Below, in pieces: positions 23,922 to 35,399 of a stretch of 40,314 nucleotides of DNA. A program made the translations under genes and the position numbers. Positions within the stretch are counted from its first letter, which is position 1. Each line of letters opens with the position of its first letter. Source of the DNA: Octopus sinensis (lineage: Eukaryota); NCBI RefSeq assembly GCF_006345805.1, contig NW_021832624.1, positions 1 to 40,314 on the forward strand. The letters run 5' to 3'. The notes under the pieces were generated by a model. That model saw only the letters and a program-made list of their open reading frames with translations, was not told the origin of the DNA and did not search any database.

Positions 23922-24093
23922 ACCACATGCCAAAGTAGCATAGAAGTTTTTTTTTATGGCTGTTACAATGCTGGGTGAATGATAGAAATCTATGAACATT
24001 TTGACAAAGGGCTGAGGTGCTTGGTGCCTTGCTGTAGTCTAGAAGACCCGTAATCTGCAGTAGAAGTGTCAAGGCCAGCTTTTTAGGTTGGGG

Positions 24094-24322
24094 AAAGTGC
24101 CCGTGCAGTGCCATGTAAAAGCACCCATGTGGTGCCACGTAAAAGTGCCCGTGCAGTGCCATGTAAAAGCACCGATGTGGTGCTACATAAAAGTATCTGA
24201 GTTGTGTCACATAAAAGTGTCCATGAAGTGCCATGTAAAAGCGCCCATGCGGTGCCACATAAAAGCGCCCATGCAGTGCCACATAAAAGTGCCCATGCAG
24301 TGCTATGTAAAAGTGCCTCTGC
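24094..24322 (+). repeat. 24-bp minisatellite, about 9.5 copies
   Basis: Unit AAAAGYRCCCATGCRGTGCCAYRT; translates with an 8-aa period (KAPMQCHV). Confidence 0.85.
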
Positions 24323-24544
24323 AGATCCACGCAAAAGCTACCCAAGCCAGGATGGAAAACAGATGCTAAATGATAACGATGATGGTGGTGGTGGTGATGA
24401 TGATGATGGTGATAATGATGATGACGATGATGATAGTGGTGGTGGTGGTGGTGGTGATGACAGTTATGATGTTGATGATGATGATGATGATGACGACGAT
24501 GATGATGGTGACAAAGACACATAGGATATTATATAAACGGATGG

Positions 24545-24705
24545 ACTGTGGCCATGCTGGGGCACTGCCTCTAGGAACTTCGGTTCAACAAATTGACCCC
24601 ACTACATATTCTATCAGTCCCTTTTGCCAAACCACTAGGTCATGGGGACATAAACACATCAACACCAACTGTCAAATGGTGGTGAGGGCACAAACACACA
24701 CACAC

Positions 24706-24740
<35 letters not shown>

Positions 24741-24890
24741 TATGATGGACTTCTTTCAGTTCCAATTCCATTTACTAGGCTTTGTTTGGCCCAAGGCTAT
24801 AGTCGAAACCAGCTGCCAATGTGCCACGCAGTGGGACTGAACCCAGAACCCTGCAATTTAGAAGCAAACTTCTTACCACACAGTCACGGC
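24545..24890 (-). mobile_element. Older diverged main SINE copy
   Basis: Tail and head are recognisable with many substitutions. Confidence 0.75.
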
Positions 24891-25564
24891 CCATTTGCTA
24901 ATAATCCCCTACATCTATTACAGCCAGATTAATAATAAGCTTGATTTTAAGGGTTGTTAATGAAATTAACCTTATGATCTTTAAATGTGTTATATGGGTT
25001 TTTTGCCAAGCCTCAAATCTAATTCCGAGATGCTCACCTCGTTAGCAACCTTCATTCACTTCTAAGATGTTTATGTCACGAAGGGATAAAAAGATATTTA
25101 TAAATAGAGGTTGGTGATAGAATTAGATAAGAATTTATGGCAATTAGGCTTATCTCCTTCCTAAAGATTTTTCAGGTTTTATCGCAAGATACACAAATAT
25201 TTTGCTTATCGCAAAATCTTCTAAGTTTACGTTTCGGGGTCCCTCTGGAATGTTGCTCCAGAGTTTTAGAAACTTAAGATTCTTTATCAACAGAAACAAG
25301 ATTTCCACGAAGGATTCTTACAGCGCAGAAGGAATGTGTTCAAGGGATTCAAATCTATCTTTCTTTCTTTCTTTCTTACTTTCTTTCTTTCTTTCTTTCT
25401 TTCTTTTTTGCTGCTTACAAAGTGGAAAGGGTTTTCGATATATCTGGGTCGATATATTTGTGTGTGTGTATATAAACGTTTGAATATAGATATGTGTATA
25501 TATGTATGAGTGTGTATGTGTGTATATGTATCTATACACACACACATATATATACGTATATATA

Positions 25565-25619
<55 letters not shown>

Positions 25620-25723
25620 ATATACATACATAGTGTGTGTGTATATATATGCATCAAATTATATACACTTACATACACATACAGAAACATTTATATATGT
25701 ATGTATATATATGTGTGTGTATG

Positions 25724-25759
<36 letters not shown>

Positions 25760-26568
25760 TATGATGGACTTCTTTCAGTTCCAATTCCATTTACTAGGCT
25801 TTGTTTGGCCCAAGGCTATAGTCGAAACCAGCTGCCAATGTGCCACGCAGTGGGACTGAACCCAGAACCCTGCAATTTAGAAGCAAACTTCTTACCACAC
25901 AGTCACGGCCCATTTGCTAATAATCCCCTACATCTATTACAGCCAGATTAATAATAAGCTTGATTTTAAGGGTTGTTAATGAAATTAACCTTATGATCTT
26001 TAAATGTGTTATATGGGTTTTTTGCCAAGCCTCAAATCTAATTCCGAGATGCTCACCTCGTTAGCAACCTTCATTCACTTCTAAGATGTTTATGTCACGA
26101 AGGGATAAAAAGATATTTATAAATAGAGGTTGGTGATAGAATTAGATAAGAATTTATGGCAATTAGGCTTATCGCCTTCCTAAAGATTTTTCAGGTTTTA
26201 TCGCAAGATACACAAATATTTTGCTTATCGCAAAATCTTCTAAGTTTACGTTTCGGGGTCCCTCTGGAATGTTGCTCCAGAGTTTTAGAAACTTAAGATT
26301 CTTTATCAACAGAAACAAGATTTCCACGAAGGATTCTTACAGCGCAGAAGGAATGTGTTCAAGGGATTCAAATCTATCTTTCTTTCTTTCTTTCTTACTT
26401 TCTTTCTTCTTTCTTTCTTTTTTGGCTGCTTACAAGTGGAAAGGGTTTTCGATATATCTGGGTCGATATATTTGTGGTGTGTATATAAACGTTTGAATAT
26501 AGATATGTGTATATATGTATGAGTGTGTATGTGTGTATATGTATCTATACACACACACATATATATAC

Positions 26569-26653
<85 letters not shown>

Positions 26654-26745
26654 CATAGGTGTGTGTTATAATATGCATCAAATATATACACTTACATACA
26701 CATACAGAAACATTTATATATGTATGTATATATAGTTGTGTATGT
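24742..26745. repeat. ~1019-bp near-identical tandem duplication
   Basis: atgatggacttctttcagttcc starts at 24742 and 25761. Unique parts differ by only a few bases and the junctions lie in (TA)n. Confidence 0.92.
24891..25355 (-). pseudogene. Penelope-like reverse transcriptase N-terminal fragment (duplicated at ~25910-26374)
   Basis: Minus strand: [70 protein letters not shown]. Confidence 0.7.
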
Positions 26746-26775
26746 TATATATATATATATTATTATATAGAAGGA

Positions 26776-26824
26776 GCTTCTACAGGACTAGTACTGTTTC
26801 ATTCAAGAGAAATCTTCAGGAAGC
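26776..26824 (-). ncRNA. Minimal type I hammerhead ribozyme motif (mirror copy)
   Basis: Minus strand GCTTC-CTGAAGA-TTTC(TCTT)GAAT-GAAA-CAGTACTAGTCCTG-TA-GAAGC. Confidence 0.75.
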
Positions 26825-26825
26825 T

Positions 26826-26873
26826 GCTTCCTGAAGATTCTCTTGAATGAAACAGTACTAGTCCTGTAGAAGC
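26826..26873 (+). ncRNA. Minimal type I hammerhead ribozyme motif
   Basis: Helix I GCTTC/GAAGC, core CTGAAGA (26831-26837), helix II TTC(TCTT)GAA, GAAA (26849-26852), near-palindromic helix III ACAGTACTAGTCCTGT, and a GUA cleavage triplet ending at 26868. Confidence 0.75.
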
Positions 26874-26965
26874 TCCTTCTATATAATAATTAATTTACTC
26901 TGCTATGTATTGAGTACCTTACTTACTGTGGTTAACCCCGGATCAACCGGGACCTACATATATAT

Positions 26966-27010
<45 letters not shown>

Positions 27011-27330
27011 AGATAGATAGATAGATAGATAGAGATATTGTTATATATACACACACACACACAGATATATTTATATGTATATATCTATGTATGTATACAT
27101 ATATGTACATATATATAGTATATGTGTATATATATATATATATACATATATGTATATATATATACATATATATATGTATATATATATATATATTGTGTGT
27201 GTATATATACACTTGTACATATATAAGCTCACTATGTGCATGTACATGTATATATATGTAATATATGCACATATATATGATACATATATAAACATATAAA
27301 TACACACACACACATTTAACATATTTGTAT

Positions 27331-27497
27331 GGGTGCAGGTGTTGCTGTGTGGTAAGAAGTTTGCTTCTCAACCATATGGTTCTGGGTTCAGTCCCACTGC
27401 ATGGCACCTTGGGCAAATGTCTTCTGCTATAGCCTCAGGTTGACCAAAGCCTTGTGAGTGGATTTGGCAGATGGAAACTGAAAGAAGCCTGTTGTAT
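27331..27497 (+). mobile_element. Main SINE head
   Basis: Matches the family head. Confidence 0.85.
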
Positions 27498-27520
27498 GTA
27501 TGTATGTATATATATATATA

Positions 27521-27603
<83 letters not shown>

Positions 27604-27958
27604 TATATACTGGTAAGTTTGTGCTCTTCTTAATTGTATCAGACTTTCGCGGATTTGTGTTCGTTTCGAAACGATTATTAAATACAACAGAACACAGTTA
27701 AATCGTTTCTACAGAATTTGCTTTTTAAAATTACCTCCTTTATTGATTGCTGTTTTTTTAGCCCTAGGCCAACCGAATAGGCCTAAATACATAGGATTTG
27801 GTGACATCAAAGACACTCTGGCCGTGTAATTGCTGTTATTTTCAAAGGCACACAGGACTCAGGACGACACTGTTCCATATATCCTTTGTTAAGACAGTAG
27901 TGTGCGAGTTGACGGAGATTTGGCTGTTATTTCTAGCATGTCACTCGACTCTGTAGTA

Positions 27959-28128
27959 CAGGCATGGGCAACCGTTTCCGAGAAGCGAGCCGCATGAGAC
28001 ACAGCTCATCATTAGGCGGGCCGCACTAACAGAAAAAGAGTTTTAAGGTAATTTCAATGACTTGTTTTCCTCGTGAAATTTAGGTGTGGTATTCAGAAAG
28101 TCCGCGGGCCGCAGTTTGCTAATGACCG
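27959..28128. mobile_element. hAT-type MITE
   Basis: Ends CAGGCATGGGCAAC and GTTTGCTAATGACCG, internal GCGGGCCGCA repeats, imperfect 8-bp flanks ctgtagta/acatagta. Confidence 0.6.
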
Positions 28129-28380
28129 ACATAGTAGCTTCTATATATTTTTTGTTTGGTGTCGAATGAGGCAAAAGTAAAGAATATGTACACCTAGTGT
28201 TTAGGGGTTAGGATTAGGGCTAGGGTTTTTGTTACGCTGAAAACTGGTGGTGTACCTATTCTTACCTCCATCATCGAATGATAGATTTTTTTCCCTACAT
28301 GTTTCTATGCGACATGGTTCTGCTTCGAAATCGGCGAACGAGATCGATAGAATAAGTACCAGGCTTTAAAACAAATTCTA

Positions 28381-28890
28381 TTGGGTCATCCCATAAATAA
28401 TGCGGTTTTTCAATTGCATGAACTAAAAGTCGGAGTGGGAGCGGGAAAAAACTACCCGAATCAACTTGTTATAAAAGCAGGTAGTAATTTTACCTTGTAT
28501 TTATTTTTAGGGCAAACTTTGAAGAGTGCAGTTCGATGCTAACAGTTATTTTTTCAAGGCTATAATGGAAGTGACAAAGGAGCATATTTGACATATTTTG
28601 CTTTATGAGTTCAATAAAGGCAACAACACAAAGGAACGTGCGAGGAATATTAATGCAGTATATGGGGATTGGACAATAAGCGTAAGCCAGGGTTAACAGT
28701 GGTTCCAGAAATTCTGAGCTGGAAACTAGAGCCTAGGAGACGAGCCTCACCCTGGAAGATCTGTAGAGCTTGATGAGGACACCCTGCAAACCCTGGTCAA
28801 ACAAAATCCCATCGTAACTGTTGAGGAACTAGCACAGAAGCTTGGATTTTATCATTCAACCATTGAATGACACTTGTGTGCCATTGGAAA
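28381..28890 (+). pseudogene. mariner element 5' part: terminal repeat and transposase N-terminus with stops
   Basis: TA|TTGGGTCATCCCATAAATAATG terminus. From ATG 28565: MEVTKEHI*HILLYEFNKGNN..ARNINAVYG..WFQKF*AGN*SLGDEPHPGRS..TVEELAQKL..HLCAIGK. Confidence 0.9.
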
Positions 28891-29278
28891 ATGACCATCT
28901 TTCGTTTCAACGTGAAAGGTATTCTTCCATCACCCATGTACAGTGGGGATGACATTCCAAATGCCGGAGCAGTTTGAATGGGAAATGATGCTCCACCCAC
29001 CATATTTGCTGGACATTCGAGCAAGATCGTTACCAACGTCGCCTTACTGGCACCTGTGCCGGTGGCATGTGTAAAAGATTCGAGCGAGGTCGTTGCCAGT
29101 ACTGCCTCACTGATGGCACGTAAAAGCACCCACTACACTCTCGGAGTGGTTGGCATTAGGAAGGGCATCCAGCTGTAGAAACTCTGCCAGATCAGATTGG
29201 AGCCTGGTGCAGCCATCTGGTTCGCCAGCCCTCAGTCAAATCGTCCAACCCATGCTGGCATGGAAAGCGGACATTAAC
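28891..29278 (+). mobile_element. RTE-related 3' UTR fragment
   Basis: ggcacgtaaaagcacccactacactctcggagtggttggc...gcatggaaagcggacattaa. The 5' boundary is uncertain. Confidence 0.7.
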
Positions 29279-29709
29279 ATACCTTTGTCACCATTGTCTC
29301 TCCCCTCTTTGCTTTTCCAACAGGGGGTAGCCAAATATTGCCTCTGCTGCAAGATGCACTTGTAGATCTATTCAATTTCACGGCCAGATTTTTTAATTAA
29401 ATTTTTTAACTAACACTTTGAAACTTCAGATACTGGTAGAATGTGTCACAGAACAGGGTTTACTCTTAACAAAATTTCATATAGAGTTATCCAAGCCTTG
29501 TGGACAGCTTGTCAGACACTATATGAATACAAAATTTTTAAATATCTATGTCGCAGAGGTGAGGAAATGCTGAGAACACGAGGAATGCGAAAAAGGCGTC
29601 AATGAGGATGAGTTATCTCTCCTTAATCAGAACCTTTGATTCCAGATTTTGTTTCCATACCTGGAATCTCTTCTCCAATTCTGCTGAAGATTCTGCAGTA
29701 AGAGCAAGG

Positions 29710-29791
29710 TCACCCAGTTTTAAATTCCTCCGTTATGGCCTGGAGGACTATAATGAATAAGAGTGGGCTGAGAACTGAGCCCTGGTGAACA
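29710..29791 (-). mobile_element. RTE reverse transcriptase core fragment
   Basis: VHQGSVLSPLLFIIVLQAITEEFKTG contains the QG..LSP RT motif. Confidence 0.85.
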
Positions 29792-29874
29792 TGTATATAT
29801 ATAAATATATATAAATATATATACATACACACCCACATATGTATGAAACTGCTATATTTGTTTGTTGTATGTGG

Positions 29875-30254
29875 ACCCCGTGCCGGTGACACGTAAAAGC
29901 ACCGTCCGTTCGTGGCCGGTTGCCAGCTCTGTCTGGCCCCGTGTCGGTGGCACGTAAAAGCACCATCCGTTCGTGTCCGTTGCCAGCTCTGTCTGGCCCC
30001 GTGTCGGTGGCACGTAAAAGCACCATCCGTTCGTGGCCGTTCGCCAGCTCTGTCTGGCACCTGTGCAGGTGGCACGTAAAAAACACCCACTACACTCGCG
30101 GAGTGGTTGGCGTTAGGAAGGGCATCCAGCCGTAGAAACACTGCCAGATCTGACTGGGCCTGACGAAGCCTTCCAGCTTCACAGACCCCAGTTGACCCGT
30201 CCAACCCATGCTAGCATGGAAAGCGGACGCTAACGATGATGATGATGATGATGA
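29875..30254 (+). mobile_element. RTE 3' UTR with ~60-bp internal tandem units and (GAT)n tail
   Basis: Units start near 29877, 29937, 29997 and 30057. Confidence 0.9.
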
Positions 30255-30255
30255 T

Positions 30256-30333
<78 letters not shown>

Positions 30334-30346
30334 ATATTATAATATG

Positions 30347-30404
<58 letters not shown>

Positions 30405-30405
<1 letters not shown>

Positions 30406-30532
30406 CATCGTCATTTAACGTCTGCTTTCCATGCTGGCATAGGTTGGATGGTTTGACTGAGGACTGGCAAGCCAGAAGGCTGCACCAGGCCTCAATCTGA
30501 TCTGGCAATGTTTCTACACCTGGATGCCCTTC
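30405..30532 (-). mobile_element. RTE 3' tail
   Basis: Reverse complement of the family terminus. Confidence 0.8.
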
Positions 30533-30547
30533 TTTTGCGTCTTCGGA

Positions 30548-31452
30548 CAAACTGACCTTTCCTCATCGCATAAGACTTATATCTGATATCTTCATGGAGA
30601 GCATTTCTGACTGTTCCTTTTGACACATGGAGATCTTTTGCAATTGACCTCATGGACTTTCTGGGATTGTAATCAATGGTCCTTTGAACTTGCTGGATAA
30701 ATTCAGGTGTTCTGATGATTTCAGAGTGTTTAGAATGCTTTTTATGCTCTGTTATTGGGGATACGTTTCCATCTTCAGTCTCTAACTCCTTACAAAATTT
30801 AGAGACGAAAAACCTGTCAACTTTTAAAAATCAAGATATTTCTAAATCACTATGCTCAACCTTTCATCATCATCATCATCGTTTAACGTCCGTTTTCCGT
30901 GCTAGCATGGGTTGGAGGGTTCAACTGGGGTCTGGGAAGCCACAAGGCTGCACCAGGCTCCAGTCTGATCTGGCACTGTTTCTACAGCTGGATGCCCTTC
31001 CTAACACCAACCACTCCGTGAGTGTAGTGGGTGCTTTTTATGTGCCACCGGCACGAGGGCCGGTCGGAGTGGCACTGGCAACGGCCATGTTTGAATGGTT
31101 CTCTTACGTGCCACCGGTGCTGGTATCACAAGGATACAATTTCCATTGATGTTGATCGATTTTGATTTTGATTTTGATTCTCACTTGCCTCAACAGGTCT
31201 TCACAAGCAGAGTTCTGTGTCCCAAGAAGGAAAGGTATGCATAAGTGGACTGGCTACATCCCGTGTAGAGGCCATGGATTATGGCCTCACTTGTCCTGCC
31301 GGGTCTTCTCACGCACAGCATACTTCCAAAGGTCTCGGTCTCTGATTATTTCCTCAGTGAGACCATAACCCCAATAACAGCTTGCCTCTTCATTTCTTGA
31401 GTAAGCTGAGGGTCTGCCATTATTATTTTCTGAAACAAAGATTACAAAGAGT
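30548..31452 (-). pseudogene. maT/DD37D-type transposase 5' fragment split by an RTE insertion (30865-31364)
   Basis: 30548-30864 and 31365-31452 align closely with 35810-36213. Confidence 0.85.
30865..31364 (-). mobile_element. RTE LINE 3' end
   Basis: GLTEEIIRDRDLWKYAVREKTRQDK*, then the UTR and (GAT)n tail. Confidence 0.9.
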
Positions 31453-31545
31453 GAGCAAAAAACGCAGCAATGGCCCAAAAAATGTATGTCCTCAAATACC
31501 TTACACACCCTCTACATATGTATGTGTATACATGTATACATGCAT

Positions 31546-31588
<43 letters not shown>

Positions 31589-32176
31589 ACATGTATACTA
31601 CAATGATAATGAGTGATACCATTAAGTGGATGTATAAAGTTAAGGGTGTGAAGAATGCACATTCCAAAGGGGTCAGGCTTTATCTGTGATTGTCATCCAA
31701 GGGGGAGGGGTCAGTGGAATAGGGGGCTGACATTCCTTGGATTACACTGCCTGCACACCCATCACCACAACCACCAATTCCACCACCACCACCACCATCG
31801 TCGTCAACACCATCACCATCATCATCATCATCATAATCACCATCGTCGTTGTTGTCATCATCATCATCATCATCATAACCATCATCATCATCGTCATCAT
31901 CGCTACTACTACAACTACCACTAAAACTGTTTCCAGCTCCTTGACCACCACCACAGACATCCCTCGTTAATAGTGCACTGACAATGGGGTCGGTTGTTGG
32001 AGTTGTTGTGGGGGGGGGGGTAGTGGCCCTCATTTAGGGGGACAAGCGTTTATTGTGTGATAAGAAACACACTCGTATGTGTGTTGCTGAGTGTATATTT
32101 GTATTGGTGTATATGAAGGTATATATATATGTGTGTGAACATGCTTATACACATATGTATGCATACATACATACAC

Positions 32177-32246
<70 letters not shown>

Positions 32247-32717
32247 ATATATAAATATATATACATACACACACACATATACTGAAACATACATACATTG
32301 TATATACATACCTAGACATATATGTGTATATATATATATATATATTATATATATATATATATATATAATATATATATACAACACACACACATATTTATAT
32401 ATACAGACATATATAATGTCTGTATGTATACATAACATATAATATACATATATATATATGTATATACATACATATATATATATGTATATGTATAAATGTA
32501 TATATGCATATATATATATATACACACACACATATACATATATATAAATGCATATATCCCCACATCCAGATTTTAATCTGACAGAGAACAAAGCATGTCT
32601 TGTTGAGCAATTATTTCCTCTCTTTAACTAAACCCTTTTGCATCACCCTCTTCTGACCCCTCACAATTATGCGACCCCTCCTTCCTCTCCCCACCCACTT
32701 GCCTTTGTCTACGTTTA

Positions 32718-33183
32718 TCTAGGACTACATTATCTAATGTATAGTATAGCACTTAGTATTAGTGGCTATAGGTGTTGTTTAACCCTAGGTCAGTCCTGAT
32801 CCAGCAGACCTATGATCAAAGATGTTCCAGCTGTGACCATCCCATCTTTTATTCAGGCATAGTGTATCTAGGACTACATTATCTAATGTATAGTATATTA
32901 CCTAGTATTAGTGGCTATAGGTGTTGTTTAACCCGGGTCAGTCCTGATCCAGACAGACCTATGATCAAATATGTTCCATCTGTGACCACCCCATCATTTA
33001 TTCAGGCATTGTGTATCTAGGAGTACATTATCTAATGTGTAGTATTTAGTATTAGTGGCTATAGTTATTGTTTAACCCTAGGTCACTTCTGATCCAGACA
33101 GACCCCATGATCAAAGATGTTCCAGCTGTGACCATCCCATCATTTATTCAGACATGGTGTATCTAGGACTACATTATCTAATG
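32718..33183. repeat. Tandem repeat, ~149-bp unit, three copies plus a partial
   Basis: tctagga(c/g)tacattatctaatg at 32718, 32867, 33016 and 33162. Confidence 0.92.
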
Positions 33184-33645
33184 AGTAGGTAGGTAAGCCC
33201 TTATATACTAGTTAACCTATAGCCGGAACCATGAGAGACCAAGGACTGGCAGTGGCTCAGAGGTTGTTCCACATTCCTGGAAATCTAGGAATCTTGCTCT
33301 CTGCACTCCCCCAATGTGCCACTGCAGCCACTTCCCCCTTCCATTGAACCATGACAATTTCTCCATCAGAATACCCCAGAGCCAGGTAAGTGGGCCTTAA
33401 TGTACAAATTAGCCCGTAACCGAGACCCTAAGTGTTGTTATTACTCCAGGGCAGAACAGACCTGGGAACAATAATGGCCAAGAGCCGGTTCCACACTCTT
33501 TGAATTCCTGGAACCCCCAGAAACTGACTGTGATTCAGATTTGATTAAAACAAGTTTTCTTCTCCTAGAAGAGAAACCAGCATTCACAAATGTTTGTATC
33601 CATGTACGTGTGTGTGTGAGTGTTTGTGTGTGTATATATATATAT

Positions 33646-34031
33646 ACTCTTTTACTTGTTTCAGTCATTGACTGTGGCCATGCTGGCGCACCCCTTAGTC
33701 GAGCAAATCGACCCCGGACTTATTCTTTGTAAGCCAGTATTTATTCATCGTCTCTTTTGCCGAACCGCCAAGTGATGGGGACGTAAACACACCAGCATCG
33801 GTTGTCAAGCATGCTAGGGGGAAACAACACACAGACACACAAACATACTTATATATATATATATACATATATACGACAGGCTTCTTTTCAGTTTCCGTCT
33901 ACCAAATCCACTCACAAGGCATTGGTCGGCCCGGGGCTATAGCAGAAGACACTTGCCCAAGGTGCCACGCAGTGGGACTGAACCCGGAACCATGTGGTTG
34001 GTTAGCAAGCTACTTACCAGACAGCCACTCA
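33646..34031 (-). mobile_element. Main SINE, full length
   Basis: Matches 14086-14502 with small deletions. Confidence 0.9.
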
Positions 34032-34534
34032 TTATATATATATATATAATAATAATAATAATATTAGGGAGTAAATCCAAACTTACAGGGAAAAATTAGA
34101 TTTAGGATTAAATCAAATTTTACAGTATAAATATATATATATTTTAAATTAGAGATATTTTGTATATTAATTAATTAATTTTATTTCTATGTTTTGGTTT
34201 ATGTTTTCCACTGATTTGCCTAATTGTGGTTTTATCTCTAATTTAAAATATATATATATATATATATATAGTAACAGAACCACGGAGACTGAGAGAGAGA
34301 GAGAAAGAGAGATAAAGAATGACAAAGACAGAAAAATATGGTGAGAGAGAGAAAGAGAGAGAGAGAAAGAAAGTAAGAGTGAGTGAGACAGAGAGTGTGT
34401 AAGATAAAAGGACTCTGGCATTGACCCCAGAATTTTACCAAAAATAGATTCCAAAAGGAATTTGTTATATTCTCGTCTGTGCGAACACACACACACACAC
34501 ATACATGCACACACACATACATGCACATGCAGAT

Positions 34535-34573
<39 letters not shown>

Positions 34574-34733
34574 TTCCTTATGGTTGCAAGCCGATAAATG
34601 TCACATGACTGGCTCGGTCATGTCATGTGACGACATGACATGTGACAGTATAGGTTGCGGGGGGAGCACACTGAAACACACAAGCGTACACCTCCCCATT
34701 GTTGGGATGTACAAGTGTATACATCCATTACAG

Positions 34734-34950
34734 CAGTGGTTCCCTAACTTTTTCCGGCTACTGCCCCCTTGACAGCTGGGCTACCTTCCTAGCGCGCCCA
34801 CCCCAACTGACCATCACAAACATTGACCCCTTTCTAAAGGAAATTCAAAACAAAACTTAACTTAATGAACCCATTATTTTGTTGTTTTTACAAGAATCTC
34901 TGCCCCTTTATCACCCCACTTTTCTTCAACGCCCCCTTTGAGAACTACTG
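34734..34950. mobile_element. hAT (Charlie-like) MITE
   Basis: Ends CAGTGGTTCCCTAA and TTTGAGAACTACTG; 8-bp flanks cattacag/cattagag (7 of 8 match). Confidence 0.8.
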
Positions 34951-35185
34951 CATTAGAGGGTGAGAGGCAATCCATATACACACATATATTATATATATAT
35001 ATACACACACACATACACACACACACACACATATATATATATTTATAAATAAGGATAATATCAATATTTAAATATCGATATTATCAAGTGGCCACCCTAA
35101 AAATAAGGGTATCTGAGAGACACCACCATGCCGAAATAGCAGTCAAAACCCTGATTCTAAAAACCACATACACACATATATATAA

Positions 35186-35398
35186 TTCTTTATTGCCCAC
35201 AGAGACTAAACATAGAGGGTACAAAAAGGACAAAGAGATTAAGTCAGTTACATCGATCCCAGTGCATAACTGGTAACTTATTTAATTAACCCCGAAAGGA
35301 TGAAAGGCAAAGTCAACCTCGGCAGAATTTGAACTCAGAACCTAATGGCAGATGAAATACTGCAAAGCATTTTGTCTGGTATGCTAACAATTCTGCCA
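35186..35398 (-). mobile_element. Second SINE family, diverged copy
   Basis: Aligns with 8003-8230. Confidence 0.85.
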
Positions 35399-35399
35399 T

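Larger units (their letters stand above)
26761..26957. mobile_element. Fold-back element (putative Penelope-like terminus) with ~64-bp arms and a unique tail
   Basis: Palindrome centred on 26825 with one indel between arms; bounded by (TA)n. Confidence 0.8.

Noticed and set aside
24088-24369. Cys/His periodic ORF resembling a metal-binding repeat protein
   Set aside because: It comes from a 24-bp minisatellite next to an RTE tail, with no gene context.
25170-25186. In-frame TGA after CDKT as possible selenocysteine recoding, reported for some Naiad PLEs
   Set aside because: The fragment has many frameshifts and other stops, and no SECIS is visible. Decay is the simpler explanation.
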